From Acidobacteriota bacterium (GTDB lineage Bacteria; Acidobacteriota; Thermoanaerobaculia; Gp7-AA8): a stretch of DNA of 64,000 nt. This document shows, one piece after another, positions 1-11,453 of the stretch; the first letter of the stretch is position 1; each line of letters starts with the position of its first letter. A program made the translations under genes and the position numbers. The stretch covers positions 6,742 through 70,741 of the forward strand of contig JAJPHC010000048.1 of assembly GCA_021325515.1 (NCBI GenBank), in the 5' to 3' direction. The notes under the pieces were generated by a model. The model was not told the DNA's origin. It made no database searches and saw only the letters and a list, made by a program, of their open reading frames with translations.

Positions 1-1395
<1,395 letters not shown>

Positions 1396-1420
1396 GGCCT
1401 GATTCTATCCCGAGCGACGC

Positions 1421-1540
1421 CTCATCCTGAGCGAAGCGAAGGATCAACGACGGCGCCGCGAAGAGGGGGCGGCACATCCGCGCACCTGAAGGATGGGTCT
1501 CCCGGCGCCTTGGTTGATTCTTCGCTTCGCTCAGAATGAC
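1421..1540. repeat. REP-like inverted-repeat element
   Basis: TCATCCTGAGCGAAGCGAAGGATC (1422-1445) pairs with GATTCTTCGCTTCGCTCAGAATGA (1516-1539); related shorter copy at 19971-20014. Confidence 0.8.
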
Positions 1541-1546
1541 GTGGGG

Positions 1547-2047
1547 TTAGAACCGAGGCGCACGCTTCCCCAGAAACGCCCGCAGCCCTTCCTGCGGCTC
1601 TCCCGCGGCGAACAAGCGAGCAAACTCTGCGCGCTCGAGCGCGTCTCCGCCACGTCTCTCGATGAGCGATGCTGCCGAATCGAGCGCGAGCTCGCTTCGG
1701 GTTCCGATCCAACCGGCGACCCACTCATCCGCATTCTTCCCCTGGGGGATGATCGCGTCGCAGAGGCCGGCGTCGAGTGCGGCATTCGCATCGAGCTCAT
1801 GAGAGCCGCTGAGCCATAGCGACCAGGCGCGCTCGCCGATGCGCCAGGTGGCCGCCGCCCACGCCTCCGGCGAGTCGAGCTGCAGCACGGCATCCGCCGA
1901 GAGGACACACCATCCGGCGAACAACGCGGCCGCGGCGGAGGTGCCCTGCAGGTGCCCCTCACCGATCGCGATGACGAGGTCGCGCTGCGCGAGCAGCTCA
2001 TCGAGCTCACGAGACGTGCACTGCGCAACAGGAACGACGAGTGTCAT
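1547..2047 (-). CDS. Short enoyl-CoA hydratase/isomerase (crotonase)-like protein
   Basis: ATG 2047 overlaps the upstream stop (ATGA); ELDANAALDAGLCDAII and LERAEFARLFAAGEPQEGLRAFLGKRAPRF match the crotonase C-terminal half. Confidence 0.75.
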   Translation of the reverse strand: MTLVVPVAQCTSRELDELLAQRDLVIAIGEGHLQGTSAAAALFAGWCVLSADAVLQLDSPEAWAAATWRIGERAWSLWLSGSHELDANAALDAGLCDAIIPQGKNADEWVAGWIGTRSELALDSAASLIERRGGDALERAEFARLFAAGEPQEGLRAFLGKRAPRF

Positions 2048-2358
2048 CGGAACACGGACATGATGCGCTCGAAGAGGCCTTCGCGCTCGGGCTGCAGCAT
2101 CTGCTCGATTTCGCCGCGGTCGAGCCAGATGCCGAGGCACGACGCACATTGATCGACGCGGACGTGATGCAACTCGATCGTGTGCAGATCCATCCCGCAC
2201 TTCGGACACTTCATGAAGTGCAGCGCCTTGAGCTGCTCCGCCTGACCCGAAGCCATTTCTTCCGCGCGCTCGCGCGCCCACTTCTTCCGCAGCTCGAGCT
2301 GCTGCCGCGCAAAGTATTCATCCTCGGCTTTCGAACGTTTCTCGAGCAGTGCGTTCAT
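2044..2358 (-). CDS. zf-TFIIB-type zinc-ribbon protein
   Basis: AEDEYF helix, then MKCPKCGMDL...VDQCASCLGIWLDRGE; GGGGGAG RBS upstream. Confidence 0.85.
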   Translation of the reverse strand: MNALLEKRSKAEDEYFARQQLELRKKWARERAEEMASGQAEQLKALHFMKCPKCGMDLHTIELHHVRVDQCASCLGIWLDRGEIEQMLQPEREGLFERIMSVFR

Positions 2359-2517
2359 CGCAGATGGCTCCCCCCGACAGCGTGAGACGGAGTGAGGCTG
2401 CCGCGCCGTGCGCATCATCACATCACCTCTGCGTCAAAGGCCCGTGAAGATTTGCCTGAGAACGGCTGGAAGGCCTAACATGGACTCATTCCTCGCAACT
2501 CAATTCGGGAGGGCGGT

Positions 2518-3576
2518 ATGCGTTCAAGAATCCTCTTCGGTCTCGTGCTGCTGCTGATTCCGGTCGCAGCGTTCGCAACCCATGTCCCCGGACCCTCACA
2601 GGTCATCACGTACGACGGGCCCCTCGCGCCGGGTGTTGCCGCCACTGGCGTCATCGGCTGGGGCGATCCGATCGACGGCTATGACTGGTATTGCATGAAC
2701 GTCACGACCGGCACGAAGGTGACGCTGACCGTGACGAAGACCAGCGGCGACCTTCACCCCGATGTCGGTCTGATGCGAGGCCTCGCCGACACGGGTGGAA
2801 CAGCGACGCTGCCCATCGTCGGAGATACGAGCAACTCGACGGAAGACACTGCGACGCTCGAAGTCACACCTGATTTCACCGGCCCGGCAACGGTGTGGAT
2901 CTCCACCTTCCTGAATGAGAAGCAGGGCGGCTATTCGGTGACGATGACGGGCGGCACGGCGCGCAGCGGCTGCAGTGCAACCGTGATTGGTCCGAGCGGG
3001 CCCCTGCTGCAGGTCATCCCGCCTGAAGATACGACCGTCAACAACTCCGCAAGCATCACGCTGCCGGTGACGATCTACCGCGCATCGACATTCAACAGCG
3101 AGGTTGCGCTCAACGTCACGGGACTTCCCGATGACGTCACCTGGAAATTGACTCCCGCAGTCCTCCCCGCACCCGGCTACGGAAAATCGCAGCTCACGAT
3201 CACGACGGGAGCGGTCACGACGCCCGGCTTCTACACGACGCAGATCACCGCAACGGGCGGCGAAACGACGGTTGGCTCGACGTTCACCGTCGAGATCGCG
3301 TGCGATCCGCCGCTGATTCTCGGCAGCAATCAGTTGACGGCGCAGACGGTCGCGCGCGGCTCGACTGCGAAGCTGACGATCAAGCCGACGGGCAGCGGAC
3401 CGTTCTTCTATCAGTGGTACAACGGCTATCCCGGCATGACCTGGTCGCCGATCGCCGACGCGACAGGCGCGAGCTACACGACGCCTGCGATCACCGACAC
3501 GAATCCTTACTGGGTACGCGTGACGAACGCGTGCGGCGTCGCCGATTCAGCGGCCGCCGTCGTCTCTCCGCAATAG
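2518..3576 (+). CDS. Secreted protein with PPC-like and Ig-like domains
   Basis: Signal peptide; DWYCMNVTTG (PPC-like); C-terminal Ig domain GSGPFFYQWY...YWVRVTNACG; GGAGGG RBS. Confidence 0.85.
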   Translation: MRSRILFGLVLLLIPVAAFATHVPGPSQVITYDGPLAPGVAATGVIGWGDPIDGYDWYCMNVTTGTKVTLTVTKTSGDLHPDVGLMRGLADTGGTATLPIVGDTSNSTEDTATLEVTPDFTGPATVWISTFLNEKQGGYSVTMTGGTARSGCSATVIGPSGPLLQVIPPEDTTVNNSASITLPVTIYRASTFNSEVALNVTGLPDDVTWKLTPAVLPAPGYGKSQLTITTGAVTTPGFYTTQITATGGETTVGSTFTVEIACDPPLILGSNQLTAQTVARGSTAKLTIKPTGSGPFFYQWYNGYPGMTWSPIADATGASYTTPAITDTNPYWVRVTNACGVADSAAAVVSPQ

Positions 3577-3723
3577 TTTTTCGCGATCGATTTGGCGCCT
3601 CTCCTCACCTTCCGGTGGGGAGAGGCGTTTCGCTTTCGCGAGGGAGAGGCAAAGCTTGCGGAGCTGCGAGATCTGACGGATACGCAACGTGATCGCGCGG
3701 TCGGAGTAGTCGACGTCGCTCAT
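3547..3723 (-). CDS. Small hypothetical protein coupled to the nucleotidyltransferase
   Basis: ATG overlaps the stop of 3720-4166 (ATGA); MSDVDYSDRAITLRIRQISQLRKLCLSL. Confidence 0.55.
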   Translation of the reverse strand: MSDVDYSDRAITLRIRQISQLRKLCLSLAKAKRLSPPEGEERRQIDREKLLRRDDGGR

Positions 3724-4166
3724 GATTCGAGTTTCTCGATATCGGCGAGATCCTGCGTGCTCGAACGACCGCGCTTCAGAGCAATCAGGCCTTTGCGCGA
3801 AACGACAACAATCTCCCTGCCTAACCACTCGTGGCGTTCACGCGCATCCCATACGAATTCGAAAGCTGGAGTGACGAGAAGAAGGTCTAGCATCAGGACT
3901 TCGCCATCTGTCTCATCAATTTTCGAGACGCGACGAATGCGAATGTCGCCGAAGTTCATCGGATTCGCTTTGAATGTGAAGCCGAGCGGAGCCACGGCTT
4001 CATAGACGGCGTCTTCCGATTCGGCCCGAACCAGCAAATCAATGTCGATGGTCGCTCGTGGATAGCCGTGAATGCCGACGGCGAGACCTCCGCACAATGC
4101 GTACTCGATCTTCCTTTCGCTGAGCGCCCTCAGGACAGAATCGAGTTCGCGTTCGAGATCGAGCAA
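3720..4166 (-). CDS. Nucleotidyltransferase family protein (Pol-beta superfamily)
   Basis: YALCGGLAVGIHGYPRATIDIDLL (GG, RxTxDxD); LIALK...R..DLADI. Confidence 0.88.
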   Translation of the reverse strand: MLDLERELDSVLRALSERKIEYALCGGLAVGIHGYPRATIDIDLLVRAESEDAVYEAVAPLGFTFKANPMNFGDIRIRRVSKIDETDGEVLMLDLLLVTPAFEFVWDARERHEWLGREIVVVSRKGLIALKRGRSSTQDLADIEKLES

Positions 4167-4186
4167 TCGTCCCCTCCGGCGTCGAT

Positions 4187-4212
4187 GTGCGGACGAGGCG
4201 TCCGCACTCCAC
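4187..4212 (-). repeat. Hairpin (REP-like or terminator) downstream of alaS
   Basis: GTGCGGACG-AGG-CGTCCGCAC, perfect 9-bp stem. Confidence 0.55.
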
Positions 4213-4220
4213 GTTTCCCT

Positions 4221-6842
4221 TTAATCCAGCAACATCTTCAACGCGCTGCTCGCCTTCTCCAGCGCCTCGTTCAAACGGTCGGCGTCCTTGCCGCCCGCCT
4301 GCGCGAGATCGGCTTTGCCGCCGCCTTTGCCGCCGACGATCGGCGCGAGCTCGGCGATCAGCTTGTTCGCCGGCACGCGATCGATGAGGTCCTTCGTCAC
4401 CGCCGTCAGCAGCGTGACCTTGCCGTCCGTTGCGCTGCCGATCACGACGACTCCGCTCTTCAGCTTTGAACGGAACGTGTCGGCGAGATTGCGCAGATCG
4501 CCGCCGCTGATGTCATCGACTCGCTTCGTGAGCAGCTTCACGCCGGCCACGTCAATCGACGAATCCTCATCCTTCGACGCCGCTCCGCCGGAAGCCAGCT
4601 TCATCTTGAGTTGCTTGATCTCTTTCTCGAGCGTCCGCTGCTTCTCCAGCAATTGCGCCTGCACCGTCTCCGCCTCGGCTTCGACCTTGCGGAAGTACTC
4701 CAGCGCACCGCGTCCGGTGAGCGCTTCCATGCGGCGCACGCCCGCCGCGAGCGAGCGATCGCTGACGATCTTGAACAGGCCGATGTCGCCGGTGCGATTC
4801 ACGTGGCAGCCGCCGCAGAACTCGCGCGAATAGTCGCCGGCCGCAACGACGCGCACCATCTCCCCATATTTCTCGCCGAACATCGAGACCGCGCCGGTCC
4901 TCTTCGCTTCGGCGATCGGCATCACGGTCTTCGTCACCTCGAGGTTCTCGCGGATGCGCGCATTCACTTCATCCTCGATCTTCCGCAACTGCTCTTCGCT
5001 GAGCGGCTGATTCCAGGTGTAGTCGAACCGCAAACGATCGGGAGCGACGAGCGAGCCCGCCTGCTGAACCGTATTGCCGAGGATGTCCTTCAGCGCCTTG
5101 TGCAGAAGGTGCGTCGCCGTGTGATTCGAAGTCGTGTCGAGGCGCTGCGGCACCGGCACGGTCGCGCGCACACTGGCGTGGAGCGAGAGATGTCCCTCAT
5201 CGACGCGAACGCGCGACACGGCGAGATCCGCGGCCTGCTTCTGCGTGTCGAGCACCGTGGCCCGGCCGCCTTCCCACTCCAGGAATCCGCTGTCGCCGAT
5301 CTGGCCGCCCGACTCCGCGTAGAACGGCGTCGGCGAGAGGACGACCTCTCCTTCCGCGCCGTGGGGAATCGCATCGCGCTCTTCGCCGGCGATCACGATC
5401 GCCTTCACCACGGACGGAACGTCAACATATTGATCATATCCGACGAACTCCACCGGGCCCGTCTTCTCCGCGATGCGCGCGAAGGTCGCGGCATCGGTCG
5501 CCGACTTGAACTTCGACGATTCCTTCGAGCGCGCCTTGGCCTCGCTCATCAGCAGCTCGAATCCCGCGCGATCGAGCGTAACCCCCTCGTCCTCCGCCAT
5601 CTCCGCAATCAGATCCTCGGGGATGCCGTGCGTGTCGTAGAGCCGGAAGATCTCCTCGCCGGAAATCGTCCGCTCGCCGCGCGCGCGGATGTCGTCCAGC
5701 ACCTGGCCCACGCGCTCGATGCCTGTCTCCAGTGTCCGCTCGAAACGCTCTTCCTCCGAAGCGAGCGTCAGCAGCACGGCCTCGCGGCGCTCGTGCAGCT
5801 CCGGATACGCCGAGCCCATCGACTCGATCACGGCGTCGACGAGATTCGAGAGCACTACATGTTTCGGGAGCTTCCGTCCGAAGCGGATGCCGCGGCGGAT
5901 GATGCGGCGCAGCACGTAGCCGCGGCCCTCGTTCGACGGGATGACGCCGTCGGTGATGAGAAACGTCGAGGCGCGCGCGTGATCGCACAGCACGCGCACC
6001 GCGGTGTCGAGCTCGTCATCCATGCGGCGCCCGTAACGATGTCCGCTGAGCTCTTCGATCGTCTGCATGATCGGCGCGAAGAGATCGATGTCGTAGTTCG
6101 TCGAGCCCTTCTGCAGGACGCTGGCGATGCGCTCGAGGCCCATGCCGGTATCGACCGACGGCGCGGGGAGCGGCGTGAGTACGCCTTCCGCGCTCCGGTC
6201 GTACTGCATGAAGACCAGATTCCAGATCTCCATCGTGTCATCGCCCTCGCCGTTGACGAGAGCCGCGACATTCTTCGAAAGGTCATCGCCGCGGAAGTAA
6301 TGGATCTCCGAGCATGGACCGCACGGACCGGTGTCGCCCATCGACCAGAAGTTGTCCTTCTTGCCAAAGCGCAGCACGCGCTCGGGACGCGCGCCAGCCT
6401 TCACCCACAGCGCCGCGGCCTCATCATCGGCCGGCACCTTGTCGTCGCCCTCGAACACGGTGAACCAGAGGCGCTCCGGATCGAGCTTCCAGACGTCGAC
6501 GATCAATTCCCATGCGAACCGGATCGCTTCTTCCTTGAAGTAGTCACCGAAGGAGAAGTTTCCGAGCATCTCGAAGAATGTGTGATGCCGCGCCGTGCGG
6601 CCGACGTTCTCGAGATCGTTGTGCTTGCCGCCGGCGCGGACGCATTTCTGCGACGTCGTCGCGCGCGAGTAGTCGCGCTCTTCCCGCCCGAGGAAAACGT
6701 CCTTGAACTGGTTCATACCGGCGTTCGTGAAGAGCAGCGTCGGATCGCCCGCCGGAACGAGCGACGAACTGGCCACTTCGCGGTGGCTGTTCTTCGCGAA
6801 ATAGTCGAGAAACTGTTTTCTGATCTCGGATGTCTTGAGCAA
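4221..6842 (-). CDS. alaS: Alanine--tRNA ligase
   Basis: DPTLLFTNAGMNQFK, RHHTFFEMLGNFSFGDYFK, editing motifs HTATH and CGGCH, C-terminal GGKGGG. Confidence 0.99.
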   Translation of the reverse strand: MLKTSEIRKQFLDYFAKNSHREVASSSLVPAGDPTLLFTNAGMNQFKDVFLGREERDYSRATTSQKCVRAGGKHNDLENVGRTARHHTFFEMLGNFSFGDYFKEEAIRFAWELIVDVWKLDPERLWFTVFEGDDKVPADDEAAALWVKAGARPERVLRFGKKDNFWSMGDTGPCGPCSEIHYFRGDDLSKNVAALVNGEGDDTMEIWNLVFMQYDRSAEGVLTPLPAPSVDTGMGLERIASVLQKGSTNYDIDLFAPIMQTIEELSGHRYGRRMDDELDTAVRVLCDHARASTFLITDGVIPSNEGRGYVLRRIIRRGIRFGRKLPKHVVLSNLVDAVIESMGSAYPELHERREAVLLTLASEEERFERTLETGIERVGQVLDDIRARGERTISGEEIFRLYDTHGIPEDLIAEMAEDEGVTLDRAGFELLMSEAKARSKESSKFKSATDAATFARIAEKTGPVEFVGYDQYVDVPSVVKAIVIAGEERDAIPHGAEGEVVLSPTPFYAESGGQIGDSGFLEWEGGRATVLDTQKQAADLAVSRVRVDEGHLSLHASVRATVPVPQRLDTTSNHTATHLLHKALKDILGNTVQQAGSLVAPDRLRFDYTWNQPLSEEQLRKIEDEVNARIRENLEVTKTVMPIAEAKRTGAVSMFGEKYGEMVRVVAAGDYSREFCGGCHVNRTGDIGLFKIVSDRSLAAGVRRMEALTGRGALEYFRKVEAEAETVQAQLLEKQRTLEKEIKQLKMKLASGGAASKDEDSSIDVAGVKLLTKRVDDISGGDLRNLADTFRSKLKSGVVVIGSATDGKVTLLTAVTKDLIDRVPANKLIAELAPIVGGKGGGKADLAQAGGKDADRLNEALEKASSALKMLLD

Positions 6843-6863
6843 GCAATCCCCTTGGATGAAGCG

Positions 6864-6955
6864 AAATTGAAAATGGAAAATTGAAAATGGAAAATGGGTC
6901 GCGCGAAGCGCGCAACCTTACAATTTTCAATTTTCAATTTCCAATTTTCAATTTG
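6864..6955. repeat. Hairpin with heptamer tandem-repeat arms
   Basis: 5x AAAT(T/G)G(A/G) at 6864-6898, central GCGCGAAGCGCGC, 5x CAATTT(T/C/G) at 6921-6955. Confidence 0.9.
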
Positions 6956-7410
6956 CGGACAGCGTCCGCATCGTAACCTTGTTTCAACAGCCAGGCTTTT
7001 AGATTGTTTCTTCCTTCGTCCGATTCGAGGTACTCGGCGCCATGTTTCCGCGTGAGCATGCGGATTCGTTTCTCGCACGCCAGCCGCAGCCCTTCCGCTT
7101 CGCGCTCGGGATCGAGAGCCTCGCGAATCGCCTCCTCCGCCGTATCGCGGTCGACGCCTGCGGCACGAAGGCCGCCGCGTATGCGCGCACGGCCGTGGCG
7201 TTGCGATGCCTTCGTCCTCACGAAGGCCTCGGCGAAGCGGGCGTCGTCGAGCCACTTCTCGTCGCGCAGCCGCTCGATCGTTGCGCTGATCACGCTCTCG
7301 CTGAAACGCTTCCGCGCGAGCTTGCGCCGCAACTCCGCCTCGCTGTTCCAGCGATAGCCGAGAATCCGCAGCGCGGCGATGTGACAGCGTTCGAGCTCTT
7401 CGTCCGGCAC
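6934..7410 (-). CDS. recX: Regulatory protein RecX
   Basis: ALRILGYRWNSEAELRRKL, WLDDARFAEAFV, HGRARIRGGLRAAGV, LLKQGY; GTG 7410 preceded by TACACT; upstream of alaS. Confidence 0.88.
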   Translation of the reverse strand: MPDEELERCHIAALRILGYRWNSEAELRRKLARKRFSESVISATIERLRDEKWLDDARFAEAFVRTKASQRHGRARIRGGLRAAGVDRDTAEEAIREALDPEREAEGLRLACEKRIRMLTRKHGAEYLESDEGRNNLKAWLLKQGYDADAVRKLKIGN

Positions 7411-7429
7411 GAACAGGAGTGTATCGCCA

Positions 7430-8818
7430 CTACCGCGACACACGCCGCCGCGGTGGAGGGAGCACCTCGATCTCGATCGCCGCGGATGCCTCGCCCTCGG
7501 CCGCCCTCACCGTCGCCGTCCCCGCCTTCAGCGCGGTCAGCTTCACCGGACCCGGGACCGATGCCGAGGCGTCAACCTGAATCACGCCCGGATCCGACGA
7601 GACAAGATTCGCCGTACCGCTGAACGAGCCGTAGAGCGTCACCGTGTCGCTCACACCGGCGTTGAGGCGAAACCTGTCGGGCGCAAACCAGAGCGTCTGC
7701 GCGGGAGGCGGTGGCGGAACGTAAGGAGCGTCATCGTTCGTCAGCGTCACGGTCGCGCTTCCGCGAATCACCGTCACCGGCCCGAGTACGGGATCGGCCA
7801 CCACCGTGAATGCCTTGTCGGCTTCGACCGCGAGATTGCCGATCGTCTGCACCTGACACGTCGTCGCGGTCTGCCCCGGATCGAACACGGCGGAGTAGCC
7901 GAGGAACTTGAAATCCGTGCCGGCGCGAGCAGAGCCCTCATGCGGCACGCACCAGACGTAGACGTAATCGCCGGCCGGACTCGAGAGGTGCAGCGGAACG
8001 TTAACCGTCTGCGGTCCGTTGCCTTCCGGAATCGTGACGTCATCCATCGTCAGCTGAGGCCCAGGCTCGTCGTCCTTGATGTTGATGAAGGTGACGGTCA
8101 CCGGTCCTGCGTCCATTACGGCGTCGCCGGTCTCGCTGACAACGCCGATGCCGTATTCGAAGTCGCCGAGAAAGACGCTGTCGTCCCTGATGCGATGCGT
8201 GACCTGCTTCGCGGCCTCGCCTGCCGCGAAGGAGACCGGCTCGTTGATTACTTCGAGATTGCGGACGTAGTCGCCCGTCTTCATGCCGGGTGCCGTCACG
8301 TAGTTGAGCGTGAAGGGACGCGAGGTATCGCCGCTGCGCTCCAGCGTGACCGTGACTGACCCCGCCGCCTCGCCGGCGTCGTAACGCGCCGCGCTGAAGC
8401 GCACGATCGCCGGCGGATCGGCACAGACATAAGCCGATCCGTGCATCGATCCCGTACCGGCTGCGTTCTGCACGTCGATGTTGACGGTGAAGTTTCCGGT
8501 GGCGGGAAATGTGTGATCGACTTCGCCGCTCCCGATCACCTGCTTCACCGGCGTTCCATCGTTGAAGTTCCAGGTCACCGTGTCGCAGTTGTCGATGACG
8601 TATGGCGCCGGGCATGGACCCGGATAGAACGGGATGTAACAGCCAGCCGCGGGCCGGAGTGAGAAATGCACCGGTTTGTTGACGACGCACGGCGCGCTGC
8701 TGTTGCACGCGGGGCTGACGACTTCGAGCGAGTACTGCGAGGGCGGATGCGTCGCGCGGCAATCGGCAACAGCGCGGATCGCGGTCAGGAGCAGAAGGAG
8801 AAAAAATCCACGCCGCAT
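7430..8818 (-). CDS. Secreted PKD/Calx-beta domain protein with C-terminal PPPRRRVSR tail
   Basis: Signal peptide MRRGFFLLLLL; PKD motif TWNFNDGT; two Calx-beta-like units (FAAGEAAKQV, FDPGQT). Confidence 0.85.
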   Translation of the reverse strand: MRRGFFLLLLLTAIRAVADCRATHPPSQYSLEVVSPACNSSAPCVVNKPVHFSLRPAAGCYIPFYPGPCPAPYVIDNCDTVTWNFNDGTPVKQVIGSGEVDHTFPATGNFTVNIDVQNAAGTGSMHGSAYVCADPPAIVRFSAARYDAGEAAGSVTVTLERSGDTSRPFTLNYVTAPGMKTGDYVRNLEVINEPVSFAAGEAAKQVTHRIRDDSVFLGDFEYGIGVVSETGDAVMDAGPVTVTFINIKDDEPGPQLTMDDVTIPEGNGPQTVNVPLHLSSPAGDYVYVWCVPHEGSARAGTDFKFLGYSAVFDPGQTATTCQVQTIGNLAVEADKAFTVVADPVLGPVTVIRGSATVTLTNDDAPYVPPPPPAQTLWFAPDRFRLNAGVSDTVTLYGSFSGTANLVSSDPGVIQVDASASVPGPVKLTALKAGTATVRAAEGEASAAIEIEVLPPPRRRVSR

Positions 8819-8834
8819 ACCGGCAGATACGGAG

Positions 8835-11453
8835 CTACTGCTGCGGCCGTTTAGGCTCTGCCATCGCCGCTTTCGCCACTTCGGCGAGTGATCGGGCCTC
8901 GGAGTCATTCGGGATCGCATCGAGCCACGCCGCGGCATCGGCGTAACGCCGATCGCAGAGCAGGCCGATCCCGATGATGCGCGCCGCCTCCGGCGTATGC
9001 TCGCCGCGGCGCCATGCGGCGACGGCAAGCGCTTCGAGCCAGCGATCGCTGCCGAGGAGGAGGCGCGGCGCATCGCGCAGGTCGGAGCGCGCGAGGATTG
9101 CCGCAATCGGCTTCGCTTCGATCGGAGGATGTTTCGCCGGATCGAAGAGCCGTTTGTCGGTGAGCTCCGCGACGCCAAAGTACGGCGCTGCACTACGCCG
9201 CACCTGTTCCGAAAAATGCGCGCTGGTCATGAATCTCGCTTCGCGCGTGCGGGCATCGAGATTTGTCACCCACGCATCGACATGCTTCGGAGGCCGCGGC
9301 GAAAGCCGGAGAGGAAAGTCGTCGGTAAGCGGAGGTGCAGAGCTCGCCCAACTGCGGAGCGTTGCCGTGTCCGCGAGAAAAAGACTGCCGAGCATCTCCG
9401 GCCGATCGAGCCCGATGCGCGAGAGCCAGTCGGCGCTCGCCAGCGTCTGCCACGGCTGCGCAAACGACTGCACGAGCGGCATCGGCCCGCGGCTGCCCAT
9501 CAGGATCCATTCCCCTCCCGCACCGCTCCACATCGTGCAGTCGTCGAGCTCATTGCAGAACGCACGCACGATCGACCGTGCCTCATCCGGCGCGAGTTGA
9601 TAAACGGGAAGCCAGTACGTAGCCACCCCTCCTTCGTTGAGCCGGTCGCGCAACAGCGCGAAGTACTCCTGCGTGTAGAGGTTCACGACGCCGGCGCGCT
9701 TCGGCGGAGGCGGCTCCGCCGTGATCAGATCGAACTTGCGCGAGGTCGTCAGGAGGAAAAACCGCCCGTCTTCCACATGAACGCGGACCCGCGGATCGCG
9801 CAGCGGATTCGATGCGCCGGGCCAGACGACATCGGAAAGCCCGAGGATCGTCTTCGAGATGTCGACGACATCGATCGACTGCAGTTGCGGCGTCGACGTG
9901 AGTGCATGCGCCGTCACCCCAACACCGAAGCTGATGAGCAGCGCCGATCGCGCGGAAGGCTTCACCGCCACCGGCAGGTGAACGAAGAGACTCATGTACC
10001 GCTTCGCCGCGATCGTCGTGGCCGACATCGAATGACCATTCGTGAAGAGGCGCTCGAAGTACGGCCCGCCGAAGGCGCGGCTCTCGAGATAGATCGCCGT
10101 CTCGATCGGCCCCTGTTCGACGGCAACGATCTTCGAATTCGGCGAGGCGTAGTCCGACGTCGCCACGGGAATGAACCGGCGATAGAGGAGATCGTTGGGC
10201 GCCAGCGCGATGCAGGCGATCGCCGCCGCTGCTGAAGCGAGCCGCACGGCCTTTCCGCTGTCGACGAGAAGCGCGATCACGACGTAGGCGACGGCACAGA
10301 GCAGCATCGCGCCGTCGACACCGAGGCGTGGAATCAGGATGAAGGTGGCAGCGATCGAGCCGAGCATTCCACCCAGCGTGTTGGCAGACGTCAGCGCAGC
10401 CGTCGCCCGCGTTCCCTCACCCGCCCTGCGCTCGATCTGCTTGCCGATCCAGGGGAAGAGCATGCCGGAGAGGATGCTGACCGGAAGCATCAGGCAGATG
10501 CTCCCCACGATCACTTCCTTCCGCACGAGCTTCTCCGCCGGAAACCAGCGATAGGAGAGCAACAGCGCGATCGATGCGAGCGAGGCAACGGGTGCGGCGA
10601 ATCGATCGGCATCCGGCAACCGTTTCGCGATCGCGCCACTCAGTAGAGAGCCGGCGCCGATTCCAAAGAGAATCACCGCGAGCATCACCGCGAATGCCAG
10701 CGTCGTCGCTTCGAAGAACATGCTCAGAAGGCGCATCCAGACGACTTCGAGAGCGAGCAGGACGAAGCCGGCGATCGCGGTTGCAGTGATGAGAGTGGGA
10801 CGGATGGGACCGATGGGACGGATGGGACCGATGGGACTGATGGGAGTCTCGGCGTTGGAGAGGAACCAGGCGCCGCCTGCGGCTGCGAGGCTGCACGCTG
10901 CTGCGATCAGGGAGGTGCCGCGCAATCCGAGCTTCTCGATGAGCCACAGCTCGCCCACCACCGCGCCGCAGACCGCGCCGAGCGTGTTCCATCCATACAA
11001 CTGCGCGAGCACGCGCTCGAACTTCTCCGACTCCATCGATCGCACGAGCGTCGGCAGCGTGGCGCCCATCAGCGACGTCGGAATCAGCATGATGAGAAAC
11101 GCGAGCGTGAGCCGCGTCAGAGCGATCAGCGCATCGTGATCGCCCAGTGCGCGAAAGAGCGGCGCGATGATCCGCGTCGAAACCGGCAGCAGCAGGACGA
11201 GCAGCGCGCCGCTGATGCCGACGCCGCATTCGATCGCGCTGTACAGCCGCAGCGGTGAGCCGCGAAAGCGCACCGACAGCAGATTCCCGAGCGCGAGTCC
11301 GGCCATGAAGCTCGCGAGCACCGTGGCGGATGCCCACGCAGCGTTGCCGAACGTGAGGCCTGCGAGACGGAACCAGAGCGTCTCGAAGAGCAGCGCCGCC
11401 GCCCCCGAAACGAAAAACAGAAGCGACAGTGCGCCGAGACGTCGCCGCGTCAC
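8835..11453 (-). CDS. Fused multi-TM (MFS-like)/spermidine synthase-fold protein
   Basis: SGAAALLFETLW, LMGATLP, NTLGAVCG; VEDGRFFL, FDLITAEP, NLYTQEYF. Confidence 0.9.
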   Translation of the reverse strand: MTRRRLGALSLLFFVSGAAALLFETLWFRLAGLTFGNAAWASATVLASFMAGLALGNLLSVRFRGSPLRLYSAIECGVGISGALLVLLLPVSTRIIAPLFRALGDHDALIALTRLTLAFLIMLIPTSLMGATLPTLVRSMESEKFERVLAQLYGWNTLGAVCGAVVGELWLIEKLGLRGTSLIAAACSLAAAGGAWFLSNAETPISPIGPIRPIGPIRPTLITATAIAGFVLLALEVVWMRLLSMFFEATTLAFAVMLAVILFGIGAGSLLSGAIAKRLPDADRFAAPVASLASIALLLSYRWFPAEKLVRKEVIVGSICLMLPVSILSGMLFPWIGKQIERRAGEGTRATAALTSANTLGGMLGSIAATFILIPRLGVDGAMLLCAVAYVVIALLVDSGKAVRLASAAAAIACIALAPNDLLYRRFIPVATSDYASPNSKIVAVEQGPIETAIYLESRAFGGPYFERLFTNGHSMSATTIAAKRYMSLFVHLPVAVKPSARSALLISFGVGVTAHALTSTPQLQSIDVVDISKTILGLSDVVWPGASNPLRDPRVRVHVEDGRFFLLTTSRKFDLITAEPPPPKRAGVVNLYTQEYFALLRDRLNEGGVATYWLPVYQLAPDEARSIVRAFCNELDDCTMWSGAGGEWILMGSRGPMPLVQSFAQPWQTLASADWLSRIGLDRPEMLGSLFLADTATLRSWASSAPPLTDDFPLRLSPRPPKHVDAWVTNLDARTREARFMTSAHFSEQVRRSAAPYFGVAELTDKRLFDPAKHPPIEAKPIAAILARSDLRDAPRLLLGSDRWLEALAVAAWRRGEHTPEAARIIGIGLLCDRRYADAAAWLDAIPNDSEARSLAEVAKAAMAEPKRPQQ
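10796..10845. repeat. In-frame 9-bp tandem repeat inside a CDS
   Basis: 5x TGGGAC(G/C/T)GA plus a partial copy, encoding PISPIGPIRPIGPIRP on the minus strand. Confidence 0.85.
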
